Assembly (NCBI GenBank): GCA_013239625.1
Contig: MU053216.1
Span: forward strand, 312,001 to 376,000
Length of the DNA: 64,000 nt
Direction: 5' to 3'
DNA from: Lama guanicoe
Lineage: Eukaryota
Numbering within the stretch: position 1 is the first letter of the stretch; each line of letters opens with the position of its first letter. The notes under the pieces are model-generated. The model worked only from the letters and a program-made list of their open reading frames with translations, searched no databases and was not told the DNA's origin. This document shows positions 24,632 to 37,037 of this stretch, piece by piece. A program made the position numbers and the translations under genes.

Positions 24632-24754
24632 GCTCTGATGAGTGCGCCTCGAGTGGCTCCAAGAAGCCTCACCTGCCTCAGGGTGCGTGCAGGCTCTGAT
24701 GAGTGCGCCTCGAGTGGCTCCCAGAAGCCTCACCCTCTTCGGTGTGCGTGCAGG
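24632..24754. repeat. 61-bp tandem duplication containing a 5' splice site
   Basis: gctctgatgagtgcgcctcgagtggctcc.agaagcctcacc... starts at 24632 and again at 24693. Confidence 0.9.
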
Positions 24755-24883
24755 TGTGGCTGTGTGCCCTGCCTGCAGCAGGGAGGGAGGGCAGATGGAT
24801 ATGGCAGCGGCGAGCGGCAGGGTGTGACCATGACCGGCTGAAGGTAGGGGCTTGTGGGGCCACTACTCCTACCCCCGGACGCA
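24734..24883 (-). CDS. PPP1R12B: Candidate alternative cassette exon between exons 12 and 13 (150 nt, phase 2-2, no stop)
   Basis: gcttcttgcag|T GCG TCC GGG GGT AGG AGT AGT GGC CCC ACA AGC CCC TAC...CGA AGA GG|gtgagg; the start (S)ASGGRSSGPTSPY resembles my recollection of the mammalian MYPT2 optional exon SASFGRSSDPTSPY; the remainder is diverged. Confidence 0.55.
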
Positions 24884-27120
24884 CTGCAAGAAGCACACCG
24901 TCACTTCCTTCAGGACACGCAGCTCCCCCACCATCCCAGCTCCGCCTCCCGCCAGACTGTGCCCTGGAAGGGATGGAGGCCTAGGAGAGGGCGTGACCCG
25001 GGTGGCGAGTGCCCAGTCTGCGGAGAAGCAGGCCCCGCCCCAAGAGGAAGGAAGGTGTGGGGAGAGGATGCACCAGAGAGAGCAGGAGGAGAGCGCAGGA
25101 ATGGGCAGGGCCAAGATGGGAGCCAGCCAGGAAGGCAGAATGGCCTTGCTAGGAAATAGCTCCAGCTCGGAGCAGCCCCGACGCCACCTGGTGCAGACGC
25201 AGCACTGCGAAAGCTCCAAGCCGAGCTGGGTCTGGGGAGGTTCTGGTGGGGGACTCGGGAGTGACGGCCAGAGGAGAGGGCAGCGGCAGAAGTGCCCTGT
25301 GAGGACTGGAGGACTGCGTCTAGAAGGAAGGGCACTGAGGGCAACAAGGGACGGCGTGTGTCTGCCTCAGCTGCAGATAGGTGAGAGCCACCCCAACTGC
25401 AGCAAAACCTCGCCTGAGCTAGGATTTCTTTAAAACTCCCTGACTGTAACAGTAAACAAACACTTGATGGGGTGACCAAAAGAAGCCAGGAAGCCTTCTC
25501 TGGGAAAAGATGCATTTTACTGGGCTGTATGACAAGAATTTCTGCCTAAAAAACAAGAGGAGGACCGAAAATGGAGAGGCCTGGCACAGCCCGAGAGTGA
25601 CCGTCTGCTCACGCTTTCTTTTTGAAACAGAGGCTGTACGTGAATCTTTCCTCTTGAAAGATCATAAAATAACCACCTGCTTCAGGGTCACAGAAGAAAA
25701 GCTCTGGGAACCCAAGGTACAAAGCAGGCCGTACACGTTTTCTCAAAATGCGCTCACACGATGGAGTGAGCCCGCAGCAGGAGCCTGCCGCTTCCTCCAT
25801 TCCCCGCGACTGTCAAACCAGGGCGACTCACTGCGTCCACCTGCTGATTATCTGGGCAAGGAAATCACCGACCCTACCACAAAATAACACCAGGCCTGAA
25901 AATTAAATGGCAGCTTCATCTTTCCTAAGATCTAGAACATCTTCTTATTAGCAAGGTTTTCTTGGTCTTGGATCCAACCAGAGAGAGAGTACCAGTGTAT
26001 CTGCACAGACTGGGCCTCACTCTTGGAGACAGAGACAGCGGAGGCCGCCTGGAGGCCCAGTCACTGAGGCCATGTGACACAGCCTCTATGAGGCCACGGG
26101 ACTGAACTTGTGTGTGTTCAGAGTGGAGCCCTTTCTCACAGGATGTGTCTGCAGAACTGGAGAACATTAAAAGGCAACAGTGGCTCTTCAATGGATGGCT
26201 TACTAGTTGCCATGATCCAACGTTAACTGGTTGACAAGGTTCTTCCCAGCAGGTGGAAATAAGTTTGGATCCCAAACACAAGGTCTATGGCCACAGCCTA
26301 TTTCCAGGGAAGCCACTGATCATCTAAGCACGTCCATGATGAAGGCTACGGTACAGAGAGTCAGCCGGGGGTTAAGAAAGTGGAAGCGAAGAAAGAAGTC
26401 AAAGTAAGCCGAGAGTCAGACTCTCCCACGTCAGCAGCAAGTTCAAATTAAAGTATTAATTTAGTGTATCTTAGGCTTAATGGCTCTGGCAAAGGTGCTC
26501 TGCTTGCTGGCCGGGACACAGCAAAGAAAATTACTGCAGAAAAGGGCATACAGACGAGAAGAGGAAGAGGAAACCCATGTACCTTCTCGGCACCAAACTT
26601 GCGAGTTTCACATCTTGATGGATCTGAGGGCCATTAAAGTCACAAAAGAAAAACAAACAACTCAAGTCCCTAAATTAACAGGCTTCAACATGACATTTAT
26701 TTAATGCAACACACAACTGTCCCCTCTCCCTCTGCCCTCACGCCCTAGGGCCCTCCCTGCCTCCCCTCAAATCACCAGAGATGAGACCCAGTCCAGCTTC
26801 AGACACAGGAACTAAACTCGGTCCTGCTCAGAGATCTCTACGGGTCACACTAGCTGAGGGTTTTGTGGGACTCAGAGGGTGGAGTATACATTCAGACCTG
26901 TCTGTGGTGAGGGTCTGGAATTAGCTTACTCTCATTCAGTTAGGAAAGCAAACTAATTCTAACTTAAGATCAGTTAAGACGTTGCTCCCAAGAAATCTAA
27001 ATGCAACTCGTTTTCTAATTCGTCTTTGTGGTGCTGACTGGAGGCAAAGGCCTGCGTGATTGCCACGTGCCCACGGCCAGAGTGGAGGAGCCCCTCCCAC
27101 CCCCACGCCTGAGCCTGTAC

Positions 27121-27246
27121 CTTCTCAGGTAGGCTGACACGCAGGTGGGGGAAGCAGCTGTCCGGGGAGCTCCGTTTCCCTCTGTTTCGTCCCTCCACGC
27201 CTGCCGGGCACAGGGCCCGCTCCTCACCAGGTTAGCGGCCGACTCT
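27121..27246 (-). CDS. PPP1R12B: MYPT2 coding exon 12, 126 nt
   Basis: cag|A GAG TCG...AGA AG|gtaca; ESAANLVRSGPCARQAWRDETEGNGAPRTAASPTCVSAYLR(R). Confidence 0.94.
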
Positions 27247-28218
27247 CTGCAGAGCAGGAAAGAAAACACGAACCCTGAGTGCTGCCAGCGGCGTTTGTCC
27301 ACGAGACGGCGTGCGCTGGGAGAGGCCAGGTGAGCCGACTGTAATGCGGCTGAAGACACAGACTTTTTCAAGCGATTCTGTTTCACACACCCATTTCTTT
27401 GTACAGACAGAGAACTGGTTAAATACTACAGTTCTCTTTTATCAACTTAAAAGTCAGAAGCCGAGTGATTTCAACAGGTACCACTCATGTCAAAGATCCG
27501 CAGCCCTTCCGTAAGAAGAAGCGACTCCCGTTCCTCACTGAGGACGCCTCACAGATCAGCCCCAACGATGGGCTGCTCAAAGAGCCGGAGAAGCGGGCGG
27601 TGGGAGCGGTGAGGGCGGTGAGGGCCTGGTCACAAGTGACGGAGGACAGGCTGGAAGCTCCACAGTAAACGGAGAGGCGCCGGGAGAGGCTGCGGCACTG
27701 CCTGGGGGTGTCTGCTCCCTGAGGCCACGCAGAGCAGGCCTTCCCAAGCCCCAGTGTGCACTGCAAACCCAGGGGTTCTGTCACCAAATGGATTCCAGCC
27801 CCGCAGCTCTGGGGGGACCTGAGAGGCTGCACTTCTTGCAGGCTCCTGGTGACAGCGGTGCTGCTGGCTGGAGGCCACACCCCCAGAAGCGAAGTGCCAG
27901 CTCGACTCCTGCTGAGACACAGTGAGGGCACTTCAAACTCCCCATGTCCATTTAAACTTGACTTCCCTACAAATCAGAAGTTGATCAATTTGATTACATG
28001 ACACACTCTGAGCATTAACACGGGCCAGGCCCTGCGCTGGGCACTAGGGGTGCTTGAGAGCCAGACAGGCAGACCTACATTTCAAGCCACTGGCGGACTA
28101 AACACCACCCACACCTGGAAGGGGCTGGAAGGCCCCTGAAGACAGTCTAAGCGGGAGGGGAACGCGGGCACACAGGAGCAGACGACTTCCAGCTGCTGGG
28201 GGCCTGAGGGAGGGTTAC

Positions 28219-28301
28219 CTGTTCTCCTTTCCCTCAGGGTCCCTTGTGCCGCTGAGCCTCCGGGGTGCCAGTGAGCTGAAGTAGCTTCTGTTCTCTCTCT
28301 C
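28219..28301 (-). CDS. PPP1R12B: MYPT2 coding exon 11, 83 nt
   Basis: cag|GAG AGA...AAC AG|gtaac; ERENRSYFSSLAPRRLSGTRDPEGKEN(R). Confidence 0.94.
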
Positions 28302-29240
28302 CTGCAAGAGCGGAACAAGTGAAGCGCAGGGAAGGCACAGTCTGGCCCAGGGTGGAGCATTCTGGGTGAAAAAGCAGACCTGAACATGCTATGTAAGCCT
28401 GCTTCTCGATGCAACACCAAACCAATCTGAGCAGTATTACAGGCCAGCTCTTGAGGGCTTATTCCTAACTCTCCTCCATTAAAAACCAGCCTGTGGGGAA
28501 ATGACTCTCATGGAAAAGCCAGGATGAGCAGAACGAAACGGCAGCACAGATCACACGGAGCCGCCCTACTGAGAGAGGGAGCCTCTGAAAAGCCACGGGG
28601 CTCCACCGGAGCTCCTCTTCCTGCAGCTGCAGCTTTCAGCACCACAGACGGGCCCGGCACAAATCCGGCTGACACGCACCAGCCCAGGAGTTCCCAGAAA
28701 CACAGTGCGAGTGGGGCCTGGGCCCCAGGAAGGGGCAGCAGGTGAGCGCCTGAAATCTGGACCCGAAAGTGAAGAAACAAAGATGTGCTCCTCCTGGAAG
28801 AACACACGGACAAGCTGCCCGTGAACTGAGCCTGATTATACATCTACTAATGGAAAGAACAGGCATCGAATTTCCTTTCTAAGCGCGAATTTGCCTGAGC
28901 CTCATCAGGACTGAAAGCCCAACTAGGACACTTTTCTTCTAAACATCAAAGGAATAAATCGCTGGTGTTGGGTCAGAGGAACCTTTTAGGCCGTATCCAA
29001 ATTTTCATGCTTCTGACTCACTTTTTTGGCCGTAGGTAAGGAGAGTAAGAAAGAGCGAACATAAGGAATGCCAAAAGGAAAAGGATTTTTTCTTTCTTGG
29101 CCAAGCAAACAGCTACTCGATTAATCAACATGCCTGTCTCTTTTGAAAGGCTCTGCAGGGCTACAAAGTGTTTTCATTCCTTCCCAAGGCAGGAGGCTCG
29201 CAGAAGGAAGCTGCCCAGGTGCCAGGCCCGCCGGGCTCAC

Positions 29241-29441
29241 CTTATCCCTATTGTCCAGCAAGGCAGAGACGCGAGGGCTGGAGGCCGAGCGGTGCACGGA
29301 GGGTCCTCGGTCCCGCAGGGCGTCCCGGGTGCTGGCCGCCTCACTCAGCATGTTGTGGCTGCCCGTCTTCCTGAGTCCCAGTCTCCACGAGGAAGGAGAC
29401 TCATCCCTGGGCACCTCAGGCTTGGGGAAGAGGCTGGAGAG
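29241..29441 (-). CDS. PPP1R12B: MYPT2 coding exon 10, 201 nt
   Basis: cag|CTC TCC...GAT AAG|gtgag; LSSLFPKPEVPRDESPSSWRLGLRKTGSHNMLSEAASTRDALRDRGPSVHRSASSPRVSALLDNRDK, with the MYPT-family motifs WRLGLRKTGS and RSASSP. Confidence 0.96.
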
Positions 29442-31169
29442 CTGTGAGGGAGGAAGCAGAGAGGAAGAGCACAGCCCAGTCCTGGCAGCCCTCCCTCTGC
29501 CGGGCTAGCTGTGCCCATGAAGGGCGAGGAGAGCCAGTCTGTGGGGTCTGCCCACGCTCCCTCCCTCCCACCTGCAGACGCGGGATCTCTCGAGGCGCCC
29601 TTCCCCCTGAGCCCACCCTGCCTCACCTCGATGGGGCTGCCCTGAGAAGCTGGGCCCCAGGTGCGCCCTGTGCAGCAGATGTTAACTCAGAACACGCTTC
29701 CTGGCTCGCCGTGTCCCTGGGACAGGCCCCCTCCCCGGGCCCCAACATACCCCCTATAAACAGTGGCAATGGGCTCTCGACTGCGCTAACCGGGGAGACT
29801 GGAGGACACCAGGTGGCCGGCGCACAGCACCTGCGAGGTCCGTGACAAGGCTGTGCAGCTGACTCAAGCTAACACTAACAGAAATACTAAAGGCCTTCCG
29901 CGCAAATTCGAGTTGCTTATTTCAAGGACACGGTTTATCTGATCTATGCATTTCAGACTTCAGTGAGCAGCGAAATGACAAACAAAAAAAGTGGTACAAG
30001 TCATAGAGTTGCCGTTCTTTAAATTCTGCCAAGAGACCATCTTTCAAAAACTGATTACCATTTCCAACACCATCATTTCATTAAAAAAAATTAACATCAA
30101 AGAAGAAAGCTTTACGAGAGCTCATGCTGTCTTTAATCGTCTCACTTTGCTGTAAAGCACAGAAGTCACAGGTGGGGAGCACTTGGGGGCCCTGGTCTTT
30201 AGAACATCAGCCAACACCCTCTTCCTGGGATGGGGGGCCTGCAAGAAGGTTTGGTCCTTCTCCAAAACTAGGCCACCTTTGCCGCCTGGCACGATGAACG
30301 TGCAACGGAAACATGAAGTCACGCTTACACTTTCTCTTCTGATCCAGCACCTGAATGCACGTACTTGCGGACTCTTTCCCGCTGAGAGAACCAACCCTGT
30401 CCGCTCCTTATGAGCCACCCTAGTTCAGAGGGGAAGTGGCCTTCCCAGCAATATTTCAGCAACGCGGAGTAAGTTTGAGCGTGTGCATATTCTTTCTATC
30501 TTGTATTTTTTCCCTTTAAGAAGCAGGAGACCCAGCCACAGCCCGAGGCAGTGCACGCGGCATGGCTGAGGCAGAGAGGCTGAGCCCCAGGCAGCCTCCT
30601 GGACCAGTCACGGGGCGCTCTGGGGCTCGGCCCGCAGCCGGGCGAGCCTCCTCCTTCCCAAGAGGACTCCACAGTCCCATCTTCTCAACCCATGGGCTCT
30701 AGGAAGATCGGTAAGTTAATGCTACAAAACCACAGAGCTGCTCAACAGCTTCATTCCAAAGAACTTGCGCCCGTTCTCAACCTCAACGCTAAGTTTACCC
30801 TTTGTGCTGGAGGGTCACCACTCTCCCTGCACACTGACGAGAGGAGGAGGGACCATGAGTATTTCAGCAAGTTCTTTCAACCTCTGCTCTCTGCTCATCA
30901 TAAACTATGAAGACTTGACTCATGGAAGTGAAACTTAAAACAGCCAAGTTAAAACAGGAGGGTAGTCATCAAACCACCACCGTCAGACGTCGGCCGTCCT
31001 CCCAGCCCAACCTGAGCCACACACGCACACCGGGACTTCACACGGGAAGAAAGCGGGCGACCAACGAGACATCACTGGTCCCACACAGCCGCCGCCCAAG
31101 CTACCCAAGCTGCTGCGGCCCAACTGGCCTGGGGACAGTCTCGGTGTCTTTTTCACCTATCGTGGGCAA

Positions 31170-31378
31170 TGCTGTGGACATGCCCCCAAATCCATATACT
31201 GAAGCCCCAGTCCCCAGGGTGACTACACTTGGAGAAGTGGTGTCTGAGAGCCAGGAAGAGGGCCCTCACCAGGCACTGAGATGGCCGGCACCTCGACCTT
31301 GGAATTCCCGGCCCCACTGCTGCTGTTTGAAGCCCCCAGGCTTGGCGCCTGTCATGCCGCCCGAGCCGGCCGAGACAG
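31170..31378 (+). mobile_element. MaLR LTR (MLT1A-like), internally deleted
   Basis: cccccaaatccatatactgaagccc...gagccaggaagagggccctcacc...cctcgaccttggaattccc...gccgagaca. Confidence 0.7.
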
Positions 31379-31449
31379 GCGTGCGGGCCTTCTCAGCACT
31401 GCGGTGGAGGGACACCCGGGGCGACCCCGGTCCTCACCCCCGTGCTCAC

Positions 31450-31562
31450 CCTCCGAGCCGCAGAGGCGGAGAAGGCGCTCTGTGCTGATGCTGGCGTCTG
31501 CTCCGAGACACTGCTCCTGCTCTCAGAGCTGGGGTGGCTGATGATGGCGTCTGGCTTTCTGT
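31450..31562 (-). CDS. PPP1R12B: MYPT2 coding exon 9, 113 nt
   Basis: cag|AC AGA AAG...CGG AGG|gtgag; DRKPDAIISHPSSESRSSVSEQTPASAQSAFSASAARR; not in the ORF track, but phases match exons 8 and 10. Confidence 0.93.
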
Positions 31563-32779
31563 CTGTTATTTACGGCGAGAGAAGCAACGAACACAAGTGT
31601 GAAAGTCTCATCCGTGTGTGTATGTAGCTTTCTGCTAACAGAAAAGATTTACTCGTTATCAAAATGGATTATTAGGGCCATGTACTGCTTGGATTCAAAC
31701 TAAGATAAAACTCCTGGCAACTGCTGCCCCTTCCAAGAAAATAAACTCACTGGAACTCCTGCCTTGGTAGACTCCCCGCCAACTCCCACAGGTGTGACTG
31801 GCAGCTTCTCCACAGTGTACGTCACATGTAAAGCTCATCAGTAAGTCCAGGCTAAGGGACTGTTCCGTTTTGGGGGTTTGGGCAGGAAAGGCCAGAAGAA
31901 GTGTAAGACAGACCTTGCTTTTGGGGTAATTACAATCAAGAAAAGAGATGCGCAGTAATACTGGTAACAACATGAGATCAAGCACGTCAGGTGCTAAGCT
32001 GGCTGACGTGGATCAGCAAGTGCTCCTGGAGCTCAGAGCAGAGGCAGCCCCTCCGGGGTGGGGTGGGGGCAGTAAGGGAAGGTGCCACAGAAGAGGCGGG
32101 AAGACACACCCCAACTGGCAGGAGGGCGCAGGGCAGAGGAAGAGCCCAGGAAGCGGAACGCCCACAGCGTGGCCAGGAAGGTGGCAGGCCTGCTTTCCGT
32201 AACGAGTGCTCCTGGGGCCGCGACAGGAAAGAAGGCCAGAGAGCGTCACAGAGCTCACAGAGGACACTGAGTCCAGCCGTGGAACTGCGGTTGGCGAGCC
32301 CCCACGACATCAAAAAACCACCAGCCCCAGGCCTGCACCTCATGGCTGCTGGGGCCTTCAGCTCCTTGTCCTCAGAAACCGCACCCCAGAGCAACCCACT
32401 CATGATGTGAGGCTTTCAAGCCACAGCCTAGCTGTGTGACACTGGGCAGGTTACTTGGCATATCTGAACCTCTACCCTCCTACTGATAAATCCAGGATTT
32501 TAATTCTTGCCTTATGAGTTGCTGTGAAGATTAGAGATAAAATGTTTTCAAATTGCATAGCTCAATGTCTGGCCATATTAAGTTCCCTGAAAACAGCTTA
32601 TTATCTTTAATGTTATATTATTTTTGTGGTTATTGTGAATATTTGAGTCAGTGTTTAAATACCATCTGATTATCTCTATCCTTAAGAAATCTGCCTCCCT
32701 GCCAAACGTGACAGACCGCTGGAGCGGTAACTCCCTCATGACGTGCCCTCTCCCCTGACTCTGGCCTCAGAGCTCGGAC

Positions 32780-33141
32780 TCTCCACGGCCACAGGGACCC
32801 GGTGAGTGGGACACAGGCAGAGGCTCAGTAAGGGCTCGTGCACAGAGCCAGGCCTCCCTGGTCACTTCTGGGTCAGTGGGGGCTGGCCCAGCGGATGCCA
32901 AGTGACACGTGGCCCACGTGCCCCAATGTCCTGGCAGCCACCAGGGAGGAAGGCCGCCCCGCTGACTCCCTGACTCACGCAAACACGCGAGTGAGCCCAG
33001 CACTACCGCCAAAGGGCAGAGCAGCCACCCCGCAGAGCCATTCCTAAACTGCCAACCCATAAGACTGGGTGCACAGAAAGAGCGGTTTACTTGCTGCTGA
33101 GTTTCGGGATGGCTGGTCATGCAGCAATGGATAACAAGCAC
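32780..33141 (+). mobile_element. Old MaLR LTR (MLT1-type) 3' part
   Basis: gccattcctaaactgccaaccca...ctgagtttcgggatggctggtcatgcagcaatggataacaagcaca resembles an MLT1 3' terminus; left boundary approximate. Confidence 0.55.
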
Positions 33142-35994
33142 ACCAAGTGTCTAAGTCAAATAAGTGAGAGGGAAGAAACAGAGTCCGAACCGAAGTGCTC
33201 ACATGTAGCCCAAACTATTAACCCCCCACCACAACACCTATCTGAGAGACACACAGCCACTGTCACCTTACGGGGCGGCATCTGCGGACCTTCACGGGCT
33301 GCGGACCCTTCCACACGCTGCCCGGATTCACCGTGTGCCGGGTGCCGGCGGGACCTGAAGGCACGAGCGCACCCTGGCCGTGTGTGCGGAGCACCCGCCG
33401 AGCAGAAGGCCCTGCTCTCGGCACCGGCACCAACAGGATGGGCAGCACGACACCCGGCACCCCAGTGACTCGCGGGTGGGGACACGGCAGGTGAGGCCAA
33501 AGCGGAAGCAGCACTGGCGCCCCTGGTCCACGGGGCGCCCAGGGTCCAGCAGTGTCCCCAGGAGTCAGGAGTAAACCTTCAACAGCCAGAGTCAGTGAAG
33601 GGCCTACAGCCACCCTAGGCGGTGACTGGCAGCTCCCTAGGCTGGAGCGTCCCCTGCGTCCCCCCCTCAACTCCCCCGAACCTCCCTGACCTCTCCACCT
33701 GCCCGCCCCCTCCTAACCACAGTGCCCCAGACACTTCACCCCCTGGGACACCCTGTCCCAGCTTTAGCTCCCACAGTTGCACACTGCCCCCACTTCTCCA
33801 AGAGGCCCCAAGTCCCAGTCAGCATCTCAGACACGCCACTTGCCAGCTGTGGGACCTAATGCCCCTGAACTCTGGGGTCAGGTTCCCCTCTAAAGAGTGG
33901 TGACAATGATACACAACCTCAGAGTGTGGTTGTGAGGATTAAATAAAAGTGTCTAAGTGTGTTGCAAATGAAAAAGCACTACAGAAATGTAAACTGTCAT
34001 TACAAACCCAAACTAAACACAATCTCTCTTACAGTGAACACCCCTGGCTGCCTTAAATTTCTCACATGACACACACTTTGCATGTACAGGCCTCCCCCGC
34101 CCCACCCCTAGACTCACTCAGCAGCACGTTTAATGAATGTGAGCACTGCTGGGTGCCAGGTCCGGAGCTGAGACCTGGGCATGACACACCCGGGGCGCCC
34201 AGGCCAGGTGATGTGTGGCACAGCAGAGAGGGTGCAGTTCTAGAGGGTGACACGGGAGCGGTCACAGGTGAGGGCAGTGGAGTGGGCCATGCCTCCTCCG
34301 CGACCCGCCTGGAAAAACCTATAGAAAGACGTCTTCAGTCAGGAGATCCTACAGCTTCTGACGGAAACCACGCAGTAAACATGTGGTGGCCAGAGATGGA
34401 CTGTGAGACACACAGAAGTGCTCCAAGGCAGGAGAAGCCAGGGCCTGCTGGGGAGATGCAGCACGCGGCTTGGCGGCCACAGCACGGGGAGGCCGCAGGA
34501 GCTAGGTCACCAGACGTCAGCTGCAGGGCCTGGGGTTTTCTCTGCAGCAGAGACACGGTGAGGAGGGTGTCACAGAAGGTTTCTGGATGGGGCGCTGCAC
34601 AGGCAGGGGTGCTGGGTGTTCTGGCTCACAGCAACGTGCAGCTGGGCTGCAGGGAACGAGGGACCCGAGACCTGGGTGCCCAGCACGAGTGAACCCCTAA
34701 GCAGGCAGCCCTCCTCCTCCATGAACACCCTGGTGGCTACCTCAGTGCCCAAGCTCAGAGCAAGTCTAGACACCAGCTCCAGCAGCCCCCGAAGCCTAAG
34801 ACACGTACAGTCGCAGTAAATAGCATGAACGTTGAAAAGATACACAGTTGTATGTTCTGGTAGGTACTACGTGGCACTTCCAGAGCAAGCTGTGTCCGCT
34901 AAGAACAGCCTCAGTGAAAAAAAGGTGGCCTCCTGGACTATAAACTTAGCTGGCACCCATCTTCTCTGTGGAACTGATGGTGTCTCACTTCCTCTAACAA
35001 CATCACAGACTCCGAGGTGGAGACCCAGACAGAACCTGGCAGTGCTCCCTGTACTGAGAGGAACCAGGTCCGTGAGGGCCGACCTCCTCAGGAGCTGGAG
35101 CCCCAAAAACAGAGCGCGCCAGACGTCCCCACACGAGCATCAGCTGGGGCAGGGCTCGAGGGAACCAGGCTCCGCAGACTGACCGTGCACTTCCCTCTGC
35201 CTCGGTCTCACCGACACGTCCCTCCTTGGCTCAGATCTGCTGAGAGAATGTGCCAGCCAAAGCGGGACACGTACCATAAACCTTTAGTTTATCAGCGACT
35301 CCCCGTTTCCCACAACAACCCCTGGTCGCAGGTGACCCTCTACTCGGTAACACCCAGCACCTCTCTCCCAGTGCTTGCCTGACTGCATGTCAGGACTAAG
35401 GGGCCAGTCTGCAGCCTGTGGGTCCAACCACGCTCACCGCTGGGCTCCTGTCCTCCCTGTGACAGGCTCAGGAAGCCCAAAGGCTGTGCAGCATCGGACA
35501 GAGGCACAGAAGTAAACAAACACGTCACTCCCTCCCCTCAGGAGGAAGGAACTGAAGAAGCTTCACACAATGAAGAGGAGAAATAAAGACTCGGCAGTTC
35601 GGGTTAGGGAATCGGTTACACCTGAGAACCACAGGAAGCTCCTCACTGGCCGGGTAGGCACACTTGACCAAAAGCCCACCTCGGCCGCTCAGCAGTCAGG
35701 CTCCTGGCACCTGTTCTCTCCGTCCCACCAGCCCGAGGCCAGGACGCTGGCTCCTCACCCAGGAGCTCCACGCACCTCAACCAGTGGCCACGTGGGAACT
35801 GGTAAACACATTCAGCACGGCTCACAGCTCTGACAGCCAGGTTTCCACTAGCAACTTGCTGCCGTGTCTTTGACGACTAAACTTAAACCTCTCTTTAGAG
35901 ACTTCTGAGGCCTCTTGGACAAGCAGGGACCTCCTGCACTACGGAGGCCTTAGCTGCGAGCATCTCTGCCCCACCTGCCTCCCTCGGAGCTTCA

Positions 35995-36186
35995 CTCCCG
36001 CGCTCGGGGGACGGAGGGCCTGCGTCACCTGCCTTCTGACGAGCAGCAACCTCCCGCGCTCGGGGGACGGAGGGCCTGCGTCACCTGCCTTCTGACGAGC
36101 AGTGACCTCCCGCGCTCGGGGGATGGAGGGCCTGCGTCACCTGCCTTCTGACGAGCAGTGACCTCCCGTGCTCGGGGGACGGAGGG
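35995..36186. repeat. 56-bp tandem repeat (~3.4 copies) immediately downstream of the exon 8 donor
   Basis: ctcccgcgctcgggggacggagggcctgcgtcacctgccttctgacgagcag... units start at 35995, 36051, 36107 and 36163. Confidence 0.93.
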
Positions 36187-36198
36187 TCTCGGCATCAC

Positions 36199-36335
36199 CC
36201 GCCTCCTTCTCAGTTTCTGACTCAGAAGCTTGGTCTTCACCCTCCTCCTCTGAGCTGGAGCTGCTGGACTCTTTGCCTTCTTCCTCCATTTCTCGAGACT
36301 TGGGGGTCTCCTCCTCATAGAGAATCTTCTCTTTG
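36199..36335 (-). CDS. PPP1R12B: MYPT2 coding exon 8 (acidic/Ser-rich), 137 nt
   Basis: tag|C AAA GAG...GAG GCG G|gtgat; KEKILYEEETPKSREMEEEGKESSSSSSEEEGEDQASESETEKEA. Confidence 0.95.
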
Positions 36336-36957
36336 CTAAATGGAAGAAGACAGTCTGAGTGTCACTCAGGAAGGACAAGCCATTTCCCGAGGCCACTGGT
36401 ACTGGGAATAAGAGCAAGTGTACACGCCTGCGTGGAGGCAGCGACACACACACCCACAAGTCCCTCTCCGAGTCCTAGGGTCACTGCAGACTAAGGTTTA
36501 ATATTCGCCTTCAGTGTCTGACTTGAGGAGACCCAGCCTGTTCAGCACACAGGAAAAAGGAGGGCTACGAATCTCGATGGTGACAGACCAGGCAAATAGT
36601 TTTTAAAAGTCATTTAGTAAATGTTTACTGAGTGCCTGCCACATGCTGGGACCCATGCTGGGCATGGGATGGTGGTAAAAGCTCACAGAACTGATAGTTG
36701 GGGAAGCAGCTGGGACTAAACCCTTAAACCAGGAAAAAAGAAATGCACAGAGTCTCAACTAATTTCTAAATTCAAAACACACGCACTCATTCTCAGTGTC
36801 TCCCCCACATCAGTGCCACCTCCTCGCCCCTCACACATTCCCACACGTTTAGAGATCATCTGGGTAAAAGCAAACATGGAGTCTCTTTTCTGTCTAAACT
36901 CCCATTCTGTGTGTGTCTCACACAGCAGAGCTCACTTCTCAAACCCGATTATCTTAC

Positions 36958-37037
36958 TTCTTAAAGAGGCCACTCTGCAGCGTGCTGTTCAGGTCTGACT
37001 CGATAAGCTTATTCCGTGTCTCCTTCTCACTGCGAAG
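36958..37037 (-). CDS. PPP1R12B: MYPT2 coding exon 7, 80 nt
   Basis: cag|CTT CGC...AAG AA|gtaag; LRSEKETRNKLIESDLNSTLQSGLFK(N). Confidence 0.96.

Noticed and set aside
24635..24730. Hammerhead ribozyme or C/D snoRNA suggested by two CTGATGA motifs
   Set aside because: No GAAA core element or suitable stems follow; the second motif is simply the 61-bp duplication, and both are antisense to the host transcript
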